A stretch of DNA of 32,000 nt from Pseudodesulfovibrio mercurii (GCF_000189295.2 NC_016803.1:2910001-2942000), one strand, 5' to 3'. Numbered from the stretch's first letter, positions 14,582 to 22,611 are shown. The notes: a model not told the origin generated them from the letters alone. A program made the numbers and translations.

Positions 14582-15727
14582 ATGAAGCGACGTGAATTTC
14601 TGAGCAAGGCGGCCATTGCCGGACTTGCCGGCGGCACCGCCTTGCTGGCGGCCTGCAACGACGACACCAAGAAGGCCGCGGCGCCCCAGGGCGAGGCCAA
14701 CCAGGCCGCTGCCCCGGCCCAGGTCGGCAAGACCGTGCACTGGAAGATGGTCACCACCTGGCCGCCCAAGTTCCCGATCCTGCAGACCGGCGCCGACGAC
14801 CTGGCCCGGCGGGTCGAGACCATGAGCAACGGCCGCATGAAGATCGACGTCTACGCGGCCAACGAGTTGGTGCCCGGCCTGGGCGTGTTCGACGCCGTGT
14901 CCCAGGGCACGGCCGAGTGCGGTTCCGGCTCCCCCTACTACTGGGCGGGCAAGGACCCGGCGTGCCAGTGGTTTTCCGCCGTGCCCTTCGGCCTGAACGC
15001 CCAGGGTCTGAACGCCTGGTTCTACTCCGGCGGCGGCATGGACCTGTGGGACGAGGTCTACGGCCAGTTCAACCTGATCGGCCGCCCCATGGGCAACACC
15101 GGCGTGCAGATGGCGGGCTGGTTCAACCGCGAGATCAACTCCATCGACGATTTCAAGGGCCTCAAGATGCGCATCCCCGGCCTGGGCGGCAAGGTCATCG
15201 CCCGCGCGGGCGGCACCGTGGTTCTTCTGCCCGGCGGCGAGATCTTCACCTCGCTGGAACGCGGCGTCATCGACGCCACCGAGTGGGTCGGCCCCCTGCA
15301 CGACCTGCGCATGGGCTTCTACCAGGCCGCCAAGTACTACTACACCCCGGGCTGGCACGAGGGCGGCAGCTGCCTGGACGTCATGTTCAACAAGGACAAG
15401 TTCAACGCCCTGCCCTCGGACCTCAAGGCCATCTGCGAGGCCGCCGCGGCCCAGACCAACATGCAGGCCCTGTGCGACTTCGAGGCCCAGAACGGCGCGG
15501 CCCTCAAGGAACTCGTGGAAAAGCACCACGTCCAGGTCCGCAAGCTGTCCCCCCAGACCCTGGCCGACCTGCGCGTCCTGGCCCGCGAAGTGGTCGCCGA
15601 GGAGGCCACCAAGTCGCCCATGGCCACCAAGGTCGCGGCCGGCTTCAACAAGTTCCAGGAGCAGTGGGGTTCCTGGGCCGACGTCTCCTCGCGCACCTAC
15701 TTCGACACCATGTCCATCGGCGTGTAA
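14582..15727 (+). CDS. dctP: TRAP transporter solute-binding protein (DctP family), with Tat/lipoprotein-type signal
   Basis: SD GGAGGAAAG lies upstream. N-terminus MKRREFLSKAAIAGLAGGTALLAACNDD has a twin-Arg motif and a lipobox LLAAC. The mature part (WKMVTTWPPKFPILQTGADDLARRVETMSNGRMKIDVY) is typical of TRAP periplasmic receptors. Substrate unknown. Confidence 0.9.
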   Translation: MKRREFLSKAAIAGLAGGTALLAACNDDTKKAAAPQGEANQAAAPAQVGKTVHWKMVTTWPPKFPILQTGADDLARRVETMSNGRMKIDVYAANELVPGLGVFDAVSQGTAECGSGSPYYWAGKDPACQWFSAVPFGLNAQGLNAWFYSGGGMDLWDEVYGQFNLIGRPMGNTGVQMAGWFNREINSIDDFKGLKMRIPGLGGKVIARAGGTVVLLPGGEIFTSLERGVIDATEWVGPLHDLRMGFYQAAKYYYTPGWHEGGSCLDVMFNKDKFNALPSDLKAICEAAAAQTNMQALCDFEAQNGAALKELVEKHHVQVRKLSPQTLADLRVLAREVVAEEATKSPMATKVAAGFNKFQEQWGSWADVSSRTYFDTMSIGV

Positions 15728-15740
15728 GTCCGGCACATCG

Positions 15741-15790
15741 GCGCAAAAACGGCGCGGTCCCCCATTCGGGGGCCGCGCCTTTTTTTGCGC
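15741..15790 (+). terminator. Intrinsic terminator of dctP
   Basis: Stem GGCGCGGTCCCCC (15751-15763) with GGGGGCCGCGCC (15768-15779), containing a one-nt bulge; followed by T7 (15780-15786). An outer GCGCAAAAA / TTTTTGCGC pairing extends it. Confidence 0.8.
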
Positions 15791-15827
15791 CTCGTGCCGG
15801 AGTGGCGGCTTCGGATAGCGGCGGATC

Positions 15828-15927
15828 TGCACATTTTCCGAGGGGGGGCGCCGATCCTCACGTAGACGGCTACGCTGCGGTCGCCGCCCCCCTCGGAAAA
15901 TGCACATCTCCACCACTCTCCAAAGCC
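15828..15927. repeat. Structured palindromic repeat element, copy 1
   Basis: A perfect 16-bp stem, CATTTTCCGAGGGGGG (15832-15847) with CCCCCCTCGGAAAATG (15887-15902). The core TCCTCACGTAGACGGCTACGCTGCGG (15855-15880) sits in the loop, and the tail is CCACTCTCCAAAGCC (15913-15927). Confidence 0.7.
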
Positions 15928-16085
15928 TTGATGCGGCGTGGGGGGGGGCGTGCGGGCGCGGGAGGGCGGCGGCACGGCGCTGCGTTGGTGCCGCAGGGGC
16001 GGGGGGAGGTGGTCCGTTGCTGCGCAACGGAGGGTGGAAAGATGAACACCCGCCGTGGGGATGGCGAGGGCCGGAGAAATGAATG

Positions 16086-16125
16086 AGCCCCCGCCGTGGG
16101 TACGGCGGGGGCTCTTGTCTTTTTA
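16086..16125 (+). terminator. Plus-strand intrinsic terminator with no annotated gene upstream
   Basis: A perfect 11-bp stem, AGCCCCCGCCG (16086-16096) with CGGCGGGGGCT (16103-16113), followed by CTTGTCTTTTTA. The T-tract is on the plus strand only. Confidence 0.6.
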
Positions 16126-16151
16126 TGATCCGCTCTCCCGGCCTCGGAATA

Positions 16152-16250
16152 GGCTTGGGAGAGTGGGGCGGCTGTGCATTTTCTTCCGGTGGGCTTTCGC
16201 CGCGGCGTAGCCGTCTGCGTGAGGACGAAAGACCGCCGGAAAGAATGTGC
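16152..16250. repeat. Structured palindromic repeat element, copy 2 (inverted relative to copy 1)
   Basis: The reverse complement aligns with copy 1. Tail GGCTTGGGAGAGTGG matches in 14/15 positions and the core in 24/26. It has its own imperfect stem, CCGGTGGGCTTTCG (16186-16199) with CGAAAGACCGCCGG (16226-16239). Confidence 0.7.
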
Positions 16251-16273
16251 GGACGGGCAGCTCACGCAAGCCG

Positions 16274-17599
16274 CTAATCCCCAAAGACCACCGACGGTAG
16301 CCAGGTGGCCAGCGAGGGGAAGGCGATGACCAGCCCCATGCCGAAGAGCTGGAGCAGGACGAACGGGATGATGCCCTTGTAGATGTGGCTGGTGCGCACG
16401 TACGGCGGGGCCACGCCCTTGAGGAAGAAGAGCGAGAAGCCGAACGGCGGGGTCATGAACGATGTCTGCAGGTTGATGGCGAACAGGATGGCGAACCACA
16501 GTGGGTTGAAGCCGAAGTCATGCATGATCGGGGCCAGCACCGGGATGTGGATGAAGGTGATCTCGATGAAGTCCAGGAAGAACCCGATGACGAAGATGAT
16601 CGTCATGATGATGAACATGACCGTCCATTTGTCGAAGGCCAGGTGGGTGATGTACTGGCGGATGACGTGGTCGCCGCCCAGGCCCCGGAAGACCAGGCCG
16701 AAGGCGCCCGCGCCTACCAGGATGATGAAGACCATGGAGGTCAGCACCGTGGTGGTCATCATGGTCTCGTGCAGCCGCTTGAAGGTGAACCGGCCGTTGA
16801 CGATGGACAGGAGAACCGCGCCGGTCGCGCCCACGGCCGCCGCCTCGGTGGGCGAAGCCACGCCCGCGAAGATGGAGCCGAGCACGCAGGTCATGAGCAG
16901 CAGGGGCGGCAGCAGGGCTTTGACCACCCGTTTGCCCAGCCCGGCGGCCAGGATTTCGGCCCATTCCTCGTCCGGGATGGACGGGGCGCAGGTCTTGTGG
17001 AAGTGCGAGTAGATGATGATGTAGATGCAGTACAGGCCGACCAGGAGCATGCCGGGGATGACCGCGCCCATGAACAGGTCGCCCACGGACACGCCGATGA
17101 TGTCGCCGAGCAGCACGAGCACGATGGACGGCGGGATGATCTGCCCGAGCGTGCCCGAGGCCGAGATCACGCCCGTGGCCAGCTCGGTCTGGTAGCCGCG
17201 CCGGAGCATGGTCGGCAGGGAGATGAGGCCCATGGTCACCACGGTGGCCCCGACGATGCCCGTGGACGCGCCGAGCAGCATGCCCACGATGACCACGGAC
17301 ACGGCCAGGCCGCCGCACATGCGCCCGAAGAGCAGGGCCATGGTCTCGAGCAGATCCTCGGCCAGGCCTGATCGTTCGAGCATGACGCCCATGAAGATGA
17401 ACAGGGGCACGGCCAGCAGGGTCTGGTTGGTCATGGTCCCCCAGATGCGCATGGGCAGGAGGTTGAAGAAGTCCCAGCTCTCGAAGCCGATGAGGCCGAA
17501 GACCAGGGAGGTGCCGAGCAGGGTGAAGGCCACGGGAAAGCCGATCATCAGCAGGACGGTCAGCACCGCGAACATGATCAGGGGAAGCGCTTCCATCAT
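16274..17599 (-). CDS. dctM: TRAP transporter large permease (DctM family), 441 aa
   Basis: A polytopic membrane protein: MMEALPLIMFAVLTVLLMIGFPVAFTLLGTSL...MGVMLERSGLAEDLL. Its start ATG directly abuts the dctQ stop (TAGATGATG). Confidence 0.95.
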   Translation of the reverse strand: MMEALPLIMFAVLTVLLMIGFPVAFTLLGTSLVFGLIGFESWDFFNLLPMRIWGTMTNQTLLAVPLFIFMGVMLERSGLAEDLLETMALLFGRMCGGLAVSVVIVGMLLGASTGIVGATVVTMGLISLPTMLRRGYQTELATGVISASGTLGQIIPPSIVLVLLGDIIGVSVGDLFMGAVIPGMLLVGLYCIYIIIYSHFHKTCAPSIPDEEWAEILAAGLGKRVVKALLPPLLLMTCVLGSIFAGVASPTEAAAVGATGAVLLSIVNGRFTFKRLHETMMTTTVLTSMVFIILVGAGAFGLVFRGLGGDHVIRQYITHLAFDKWTVMFIIMTIIFVIGFFLDFIEITFIHIPVLAPIMHDFGFNPLWFAILFAINLQTSFMTPPFGFSLFFLKGVAPPYVRTSHIYKGIIPFVLLQLFGMGLVIAFPSLATWLPSVVFGD

Positions 17600-18166
17600 C
17601 TAGGCACCCTCCCCTTCGGGCGAAACCGGTTTCTCCGTGGTGCCTGGAGCGGGCTGGATGGGCTTGCCGATGATCTCCATGAAGGCCTTGATGCCCATGG
17701 ACACGCCCTGAAGGGCCACCAGGGCGAAGCCGATGAGGATGAAGGCCTTGAGCACGTAGCGGGCCGGGAGCCCGCCGGGGTCGCCCGATCCCTCGTGGAT
17801 GGCCAGGGACATGCTGAAGAACTTCCAGGAGGTGTCCAGCACCAGGTAGCAGCCGGGCAGCAGGAAGAAGAGCACGCCGAGAAAATTGATCCACGCCTTG
17901 GCCTTGCGGTTGAGGCGCTGGTAGAAGACGTCCACACGCACGTGTTCGTCCTTGAGCAGGGTATAGCCCGCGCCGAGCAGGAACATGACCCCGAACAGGT
18001 GCCATTCCAGTTCCTGGACCGCCACGAAGGTGGTATCGAACGCGTATCGCATGATCACGTCCCCGGTCACCACCACGACCATGAGCAGGGAGATGACCCC
18101 CGCCAGTTTGCCGACCCATTCGTTGAGCCGGTCGATGCAACGCACCAAGCCGAGCAGAATTGCCAT
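17600..18166 (-). CDS. dctQ: TRAP transporter small permease (DctQ family), 188 aa
   Basis: N-terminus MAILLGLVRCIDRLNEWVGKLAGVISLLMVVVV. Four hydrophobic segments. SD AAGGAAGGA upstream. Immediately followed by dctM. Confidence 0.9.
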   Translation of the reverse strand: MAILLGLVRCIDRLNEWVGKLAGVISLLMVVVVTGDVIMRYAFDTTFVAVQELEWHLFGVMFLLGAGYTLLKDEHVRVDVFYQRLNRKAKAWINFLGVLFFLLPGCYLVLDTSWKFFSMSLAIHEGSGDPGGLPARYVLKAFILIGFALVALQGVSMGIKAFMEIIGKPIQPAPGTTEKPVSPEGEGA

Positions 18167-18540
18167 CGGAATCCTTCCTTGAAAAGCGGCGACGATTCGC
18201 CAGATAACGAATTATATGAAAGCATTGCCAGGCCAAAGCCCGAAGGTTTCGGCCTCCATGCCCAAGGTCCCGGTGCAGGGAATGGTGCAACCTAGCAGAA
18301 GTGCCGTGGGTTGTAAAAACAATGCGGGGGAGCCCGGCGGCGCAAAGTGAGGCCCGCCGGGGCTTGCCGGGCGGTCCGGGCGGCCCCTGCCAGGCTTCGC
18401 GAGCGGGATTTCGGTCCCGGAGCGGTAAAATCAGGCCCGCGGACCGGGAAAAACCGGTCTTGAAACGGTTTTTCCATGAAAATCATGAAAAATGCCCTTC
18501 CGCATGTGCCTGTCCCCCCCGGAACGGGGGGACGGCCGAC

Positions 18541-18572
18541 AAAAAGCCCGGTCCGGCGGGTGCCGGACCGGG
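18541..18572 (-). terminator. Intrinsic terminator of cydAB
   Basis: A perfect 11-bp stem, CCCGGTCCGGC (18547-18557) with GCCGGACCGGG (18562-18572). On the minus strand it is followed by CTTTTT (complement of A5 at 18541-18545). Confidence 0.75.
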
Positions 18573-18599
18573 CGGTCGTTGCGGTGGGCGGGGTCGCCG

Positions 18600-19649
18600 C
18601 TAGTAGTGCAGGTCGTCCTCGGACATGGCCGTGGCGAAGTGCTTGTAGACCCAGGACTGGTAGCCGATGACCAGGGGCACGAAGATGAGGGCCACCACGA
18701 GCATGATCTCCAGGGTCAGGGGGCTCGACGCGGAGTTCATGATGGTCAGGCTGTTGGCCGGGTTGGGGTTGGACGGGATGATGGCCGGGAAGATGCCGAC
18801 CACGCCGAACAGGGCGGTGCCGCCGATGTACAGGCAGGAGGAGGCCCAGGCCATCCAGTACTTGCCCGCGCCGAGGTAGGTGCGCATGAGCACCAGTCCG
18901 GCCACGGGCAGGAGCAGGATGACGAACAGGAACGGGTAGACCATGTAGTTGGCGAACAACTGGGTGGACATGGCGGTGTATGCCAGGAAGAGCACGGTCA
19001 GGACGACCACGCCGGGCCACAGCTTGGTGGCCATGGTCTCGGCCCGCTGCTTGAGTTCGCCGGTGGTCCGGATGCACAGCCACAGGGCACCGTGCATCAT
19101 GAAGATGGTCACGAACAGAATGCCGCCCGCGATGCCGTAGGGGTTGAGCAGGCCGAGCAGCCCGGCCTGGGAGAAGCCGGTCTCGTCCAGGGGGATGCCC
19201 TGGAAGATGTTGCCGAAGGCCACGCCGAGCAGCAGGGCGGGCAGGAAGGAGCACAGCGCGTGGGCCGCGTCCCATATCTTCTTCCAGGTATCGCTCTCGA
19301 CCTTGGAGCGGAACTCGAAGGACACGCCGCGCACGATCAGGGTGAACAGGAGCAGCATGAGCGCCAGGTACAGGCCGCTGAACATCTGCGCGTAGGCGTA
19401 GGGGAAGGCGGCGAAGGTCACGCCGCCCGCCGCGATCAGCCAGACCTCGTTGCCGTCCCAAAAGGGACCGGTGGCGTTGAACATGGCCCGTTTTTCGGTT
19501 TCGGTCCGGGCCAGGAAGGGCAGCAGTGTGCCCACGCCCAGGTCAAAGCCGTCGAGGATGAAGTATACGGCCCAGAGCACGCCCCAGAGGACGAACCAGA
19601 TCATCGCCAGGTAATAGTGCAGCGAACCGGTTTCCATCAAAGTAGTCAT
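18600..19649 (-). CDS. cydB: Cytochrome bd oxidase subunit II
   Basis: The WFVLWGVLWAVYFILDGFDLGVGTLLPFLA block matches the conserved CydB N-terminus. 349 aa, directly downstream of cydA. Confidence 0.95.
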   Translation of the reverse strand: MTTLMETGSLHYYLAMIWFVLWGVLWAVYFILDGFDLGVGTLLPFLARTETEKRAMFNATGPFWDGNEVWLIAAGGVTFAAFPYAYAQMFSGLYLALMLLLFTLIVRGVSFEFRSKVESDTWKKIWDAAHALCSFLPALLLGVAFGNIFQGIPLDETGFSQAGLLGLLNPYGIAGGILFVTIFMMHGALWLCIRTTGELKQRAETMATKLWPGVVVLTVLFLAYTAMSTQLFANYMVYPFLFVILLLPVAGLVLMRTYLGAGKYWMAWASSCLYIGGTALFGVVGIFPAIIPSNPNPANSLTIMNSASSPLTLEIMLVVALIFVPLVIGYQSWVYKHFATAMSEDDLHY

Positions 19650-19673
19650 AGATTTTCTCCTTTATTCGCTGAA

Positions 19674-20987
19674 TTAGACCTGGATGGGCGTGTGGTCCTC
19701 GGGACCCTTCTTGGCCAGCTTGATCATCAGCCAGATGCCGACGGCACCGAGCAGGGCGTAGAGCAGGGTCATGAGCACGAGGGTGAAGCCCACTTCGGCG
19801 CCGCCCACCGGGGAGACCGCGTCCGAGGTGCGCATCAGCCCATACACGATCCACGGCTGGCGGCCCACCTCGGTGAGGGTCCAGCCCGCCCAGATGGCGA
19901 TGTAGGGCAGGGGGATACAGAACGGCAGCGCCTTGAGGAAGAGCGGGTAGTTGTCCACCTTCTTGCGAATCAGGAAGCCGAAGGCGGCCACCAGGATGAA
20001 CAGGGTGCCCAGGCCGACCATCAGCCGGAAGGAGAGGAAGGAGAGGACCACGGGCGGCCGGTCCTCCTTGGGGAAGTCGCTCAGGCCCTTCACTTCGGCG
20101 TTGAAGTCGTTGTAGGCCAGGAAGCTCAGCACGCCGGGCAGGGGCAGGGCCTGGAGCAGGTTGCCGTCATCGCCGGGGATGACCAGGAGATACATGGGCG
20201 CCTGGGTCTGGGTCTCCCAGTGCGACTCCATGGCCGCCAGTTTGGCGGGCTGGGTGTCGGACAGGTTGTTGCCGTGGATGTGGCCCTCGGCCGCGGTGAA
20301 CAGGGCGAAGACCAGGGCCACGGAGATACCCAGATTGAAGGATTTCTTGAAGAATTCCGTGTTGCTCTTGCGCAGCAGGTGCCACGCGGAGATGCCCACG
20401 ATGAAGAATCCGGCCAGGAGCAGGGAGGCCGGGACCACGTGGAAGAATTCGAGCCAGGCGTATTTGTTGGTGATGACCGCCCAGAAGTCGGTCAGCTCGG
20501 CCCGGCCGTTGCGCAGGACGTAGCCCACGGGATTCTGCATGAAGCCGTTGGCGATGAGAATCCAGATGGCCGACAGGTTGGAGGCGCCGGCCACCATCCA
20601 GGCCACGGTGGCGTGGGCCTTGGGCGAGAGCTTGTCCCAACCGAAGTGCCAGACGCCGATGAAGGTGGATTCAAGGAAGAAGGCCGCTGTGGCCTCGATG
20701 GCCAGGAGCGAGCCGAAGATGTCGCCCACGTACATGGAGTAGCGGGACCAGTTGGTGCCGAACTGGAATTCCAGGGTGATGCCGGTGACCACGCCCAGGG
20801 CGAAGTTCACCAGAAAAAGTTTCCCCCAGAACTTGGCCATCTTCCTGTACACCTCGTTGCCGGTGCGCACATAGGCCGTTTCCATGCAGGCGATGAGGAT
20901 CGACAACCCCAGCGTCAACGGCACGAAAATGAAGTGAAACATGGTGGCTGCGGCGAATTGCAGCCGGGAAAGCATCAGCACATCCAT
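19674..20987 (-). CDS. cydA: Cytochrome bd oxidase subunit I (short Q-loop type, 437 aa)
   Basis: MDVLMLSRLQFAAATMFHFIFVPLTLGLSILIA matches the conserved CydA N-terminus (SRLQFA..M.HF.FVPLTLG). SD AAGGGGG upstream. Confidence 0.95.
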   Translation of the reverse strand: MDVLMLSRLQFAAATMFHFIFVPLTLGLSILIACMETAYVRTGNEVYRKMAKFWGKLFLVNFALGVVTGITLEFQFGTNWSRYSMYVGDIFGSLLAIEATAAFFLESTFIGVWHFGWDKLSPKAHATVAWMVAGASNLSAIWILIANGFMQNPVGYVLRNGRAELTDFWAVITNKYAWLEFFHVVPASLLLAGFFIVGISAWHLLRKSNTEFFKKSFNLGISVALVFALFTAAEGHIHGNNLSDTQPAKLAAMESHWETQTQAPMYLLVIPGDDGNLLQALPLPGVLSFLAYNDFNAEVKGLSDFPKEDRPPVVLSFLSFRLMVGLGTLFILVAAFGFLIRKKVDNYPLFLKALPFCIPLPYIAIWAGWTLTEVGRQPWIVYGLMRTSDAVSPVGGAEVGFTLVLMTLLYALLGAVGIWLMIKLAKKGPEDHTPIQV

Positions 20988-21102
20988 ACAAACCCCCTTG
21001 TGGATATTGCTCTGATATACCTCAAACCGTTAAAAAATACCCAACGTTCAAAGCTGCATACATCCATCTTTTGAACAAATCAAGAATAATTATTGTTCCC
21101 AA

Positions 21103-22431
21103 TTAATCGTTTTTCATGGTCACGGGCTGGCCTGTGGATTCGAGCACGGCGCGCCAGTAGTTGGAGCAGGTGTTGATCCGTTTCTTGCCCCTGGTGACCA
21201 CGGCCATGGGGATGTGCACGTAGCGGCCGTTCCAGCGGGAGATGACCAGGCCGGTGCGGCCGGACATGCCCGCGTGGACCGCGTGGATGCCCAGGAACGA
21301 GCAGTAGATGCGGTCGTTGGCGTTGGCCGGGACCGAGCGGATGATGTAGCTCGGGTCGATGTACTTCAGGGTGGCCTCGATGCCCTGTTTCCCGAAGTGC
21401 TCGAGGATTTCCTTTTTGAGCAGGGCGGCGATGTCGCTGAGCTGCACGTTGCCCGAGGCGTCCGCCTTGCCCGAGGCGGCCAGCAGGTCCTGGCCCGCGC
21501 CCTCGGCGACCACGATGACCGCGTTGCCGCGCCGTTTCATGCGCTCGTCCAGGGCGGCCAGGAAACCCTTCTCGCCGTGGATGTCGAAGGGGTCCTCGGG
21601 GATGAGGCAGAAGTTGACCTCCTGGCAGGACAGGGCGCTCTGGGCCGCGATGAAGCCCGCGTCCCGGCCCATGACCTTGACCATGCCGATGCCCCAGGGC
21701 GCGCCCGTGGCCTCCACGTGGGCTCCCTTGATGGCCATGGCCGCGGTCTCCACCGAGGTGTCGAAGCCGAAGGAGGGCGAGACGTAATTGATGTCGTTGT
21801 CGATGGTCTTGGGCAGGCCGACCACGGAGATGGACAGGCCGCGCTTCTCGATCTCGGCCACCACGGTGGCGGCCGCGCGCATGGTCCCGTCGCCGCCGAT
21901 CATGAACAGGATGGAGACGTTCATGCGCTCCAGGGCGTCCACGATGACCTCCGGGTCCTGGGGCCCGCGCGAGGAGCCCAGCACCGTGCCGCCGAACTCG
22001 TGGATGCGCGAGACGAAGCTCGGGGTCAGCTCGACGACGTCGTAGCCCTGCTCGGGCACGAACCCGGCCAGGCCGTACTGGATGCCGAGCACGGACGGGA
22101 CCTTGTACTCGTGGCAGGCGGCCATGACGATGGCCCGGATGACGTCGTTCAGGCCGGGGCACAGCCCGCCGCAGGTGACCACCGCGCACTTGGTCTTGCT
22201 CGGGTCGTAGTAGATCTTGTCACGGGGACCGGCGGGCTCGAAATAGATGTGCTCGGGCTTCTTGCGGCTCTTGGGGTTGCCTTCCACGGTCCGGCGGGAG
22301 ATGTTCACCAGCACGGCGTCGTCCTCTTCGACGAACCGGCCGAACGCGATGGGATTGGCGATCTTGGCCGGACCGACCGTGGAAATCTCCGTGGATTTGG
22401 GCGTGGGGCTCTCGGAATTGCATGCTTTCAT
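21103..22431 (-). CDS. pfk: ATP-dependent 6-phosphofructokinase (long, roughly 440-aa PfkA-family form)
   Basis: Track ORF starts at TTG 22446. ATG 22431 (MKACNSES) has GGAGG 8 nt upstream. Motifs: TCGGLCPGLNDVIR, MIGGDGT (Gly at the position that separates ATP- from PPi-dependent enzymes), and PKTIDNDI. Confidence 0.9.
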   Translation of the reverse strand: MKACNSESPTPKSTEISTVGPAKIANPIAFGRFVEEDDAVLVNISRRTVEGNPKSRKKPEHIYFEPAGPRDKIYYDPSKTKCAVVTCGGLCPGLNDVIRAIVMAACHEYKVPSVLGIQYGLAGFVPEQGYDVVELTPSFVSRIHEFGGTVLGSSRGPQDPEVIVDALERMNVSILFMIGGDGTMRAAATVVAEIEKRGLSISVVGLPKTIDNDINYVSPSFGFDTSVETAAMAIKGAHVEATGAPWGIGMVKVMGRDAGFIAAQSALSCQEVNFCLIPEDPFDIHGEKGFLAALDERMKRRGNAVIVVAEGAGQDLLAASGKADASGNVQLSDIAALLKKEILEHFGKQGIEATLKYIDPSYIIRSVPANANDRIYCSFLGIHAVHAGMSGRTGLVISRWNGRYVHIPMAVVTRGKKRINTCSNYWRAVLESTGQPVTMKND

Positions 22432-22452
22432 GATCTCGACCTCCAAAATTCA

Positions 22453-22467
22453 GCAATGGTCCATTGC
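22453..22467. promoter_or_regulatory. Perfect 7-1-7 palindrome, GCAATGG-T-CCATTGC, in the pfk leader/promoter
   Basis: It lies between a minus-strand TATAAT (22481-22476) and the pfk SD. Confidence 0.3.
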
Positions 22468-22583
22468 CTAACCGTATTATAACGATTTTTTCCTGCGAGC
22501 AAACGGTATCTCCGTTTTTTCTCAATACGATAACACGAACTCACGCAACCGGCACCCGGTCCGGTCCGGGCTCCCGTCGGGCC

Positions 22584-22611
22584 TTGACCTTTGCCGCCGA
22601 ATTCCTATCTA
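22584..22611 (+). promoter_or_regulatory. Candidate promoter of htpX-htrA (sigma-70-like or heat-shock-like)
   Basis: TTGACC (22584-22589), a 16-nt spacer, then TATCTA (22606-22611). It can also be read as CTTGACC-N14-CCTATCTA, resembling the sigma-32 pattern CTTGAAA-N13/14-CCCCATNT. Confidence 0.4.

Noticed and set aside
15828-16250. The repeats between the TRAP genes, and those at 25.5-26.2 kb, as a CRISPR array or a tRNA/ncRNA gene.
   Set aside because: There are only two copies and they are inverted rather than direct. There is no regular repeat-spacer periodicity, and no tRNA T-loop (GGTTCGAATCC-like) or cloverleaf could be traced.
18211-18239. A sigma-70 promoter for dctQM, based on a minus-strand TATAAT at 18216-18211.
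   Set aside because: The best -35-like hexamer (TTGGCC) is only 14 nt away, and nothing convincing sits at 16-18 nt. A sigma-54 reading of TGGCAATGCTT also fails on the -12 element. I therefore did not call it as a feature.
21071-21083. TTGAACAAATCAA as an FNR/CRP-family site upstream of cydAB.
   Set aside because: The half-sites are separated by one base too few: TTGA-N5-TCAA rather than the TTGA-N6-TCAA implied by TTGAT-N4-ATCAA. I kept it only as a low-interest note, not as a called site.
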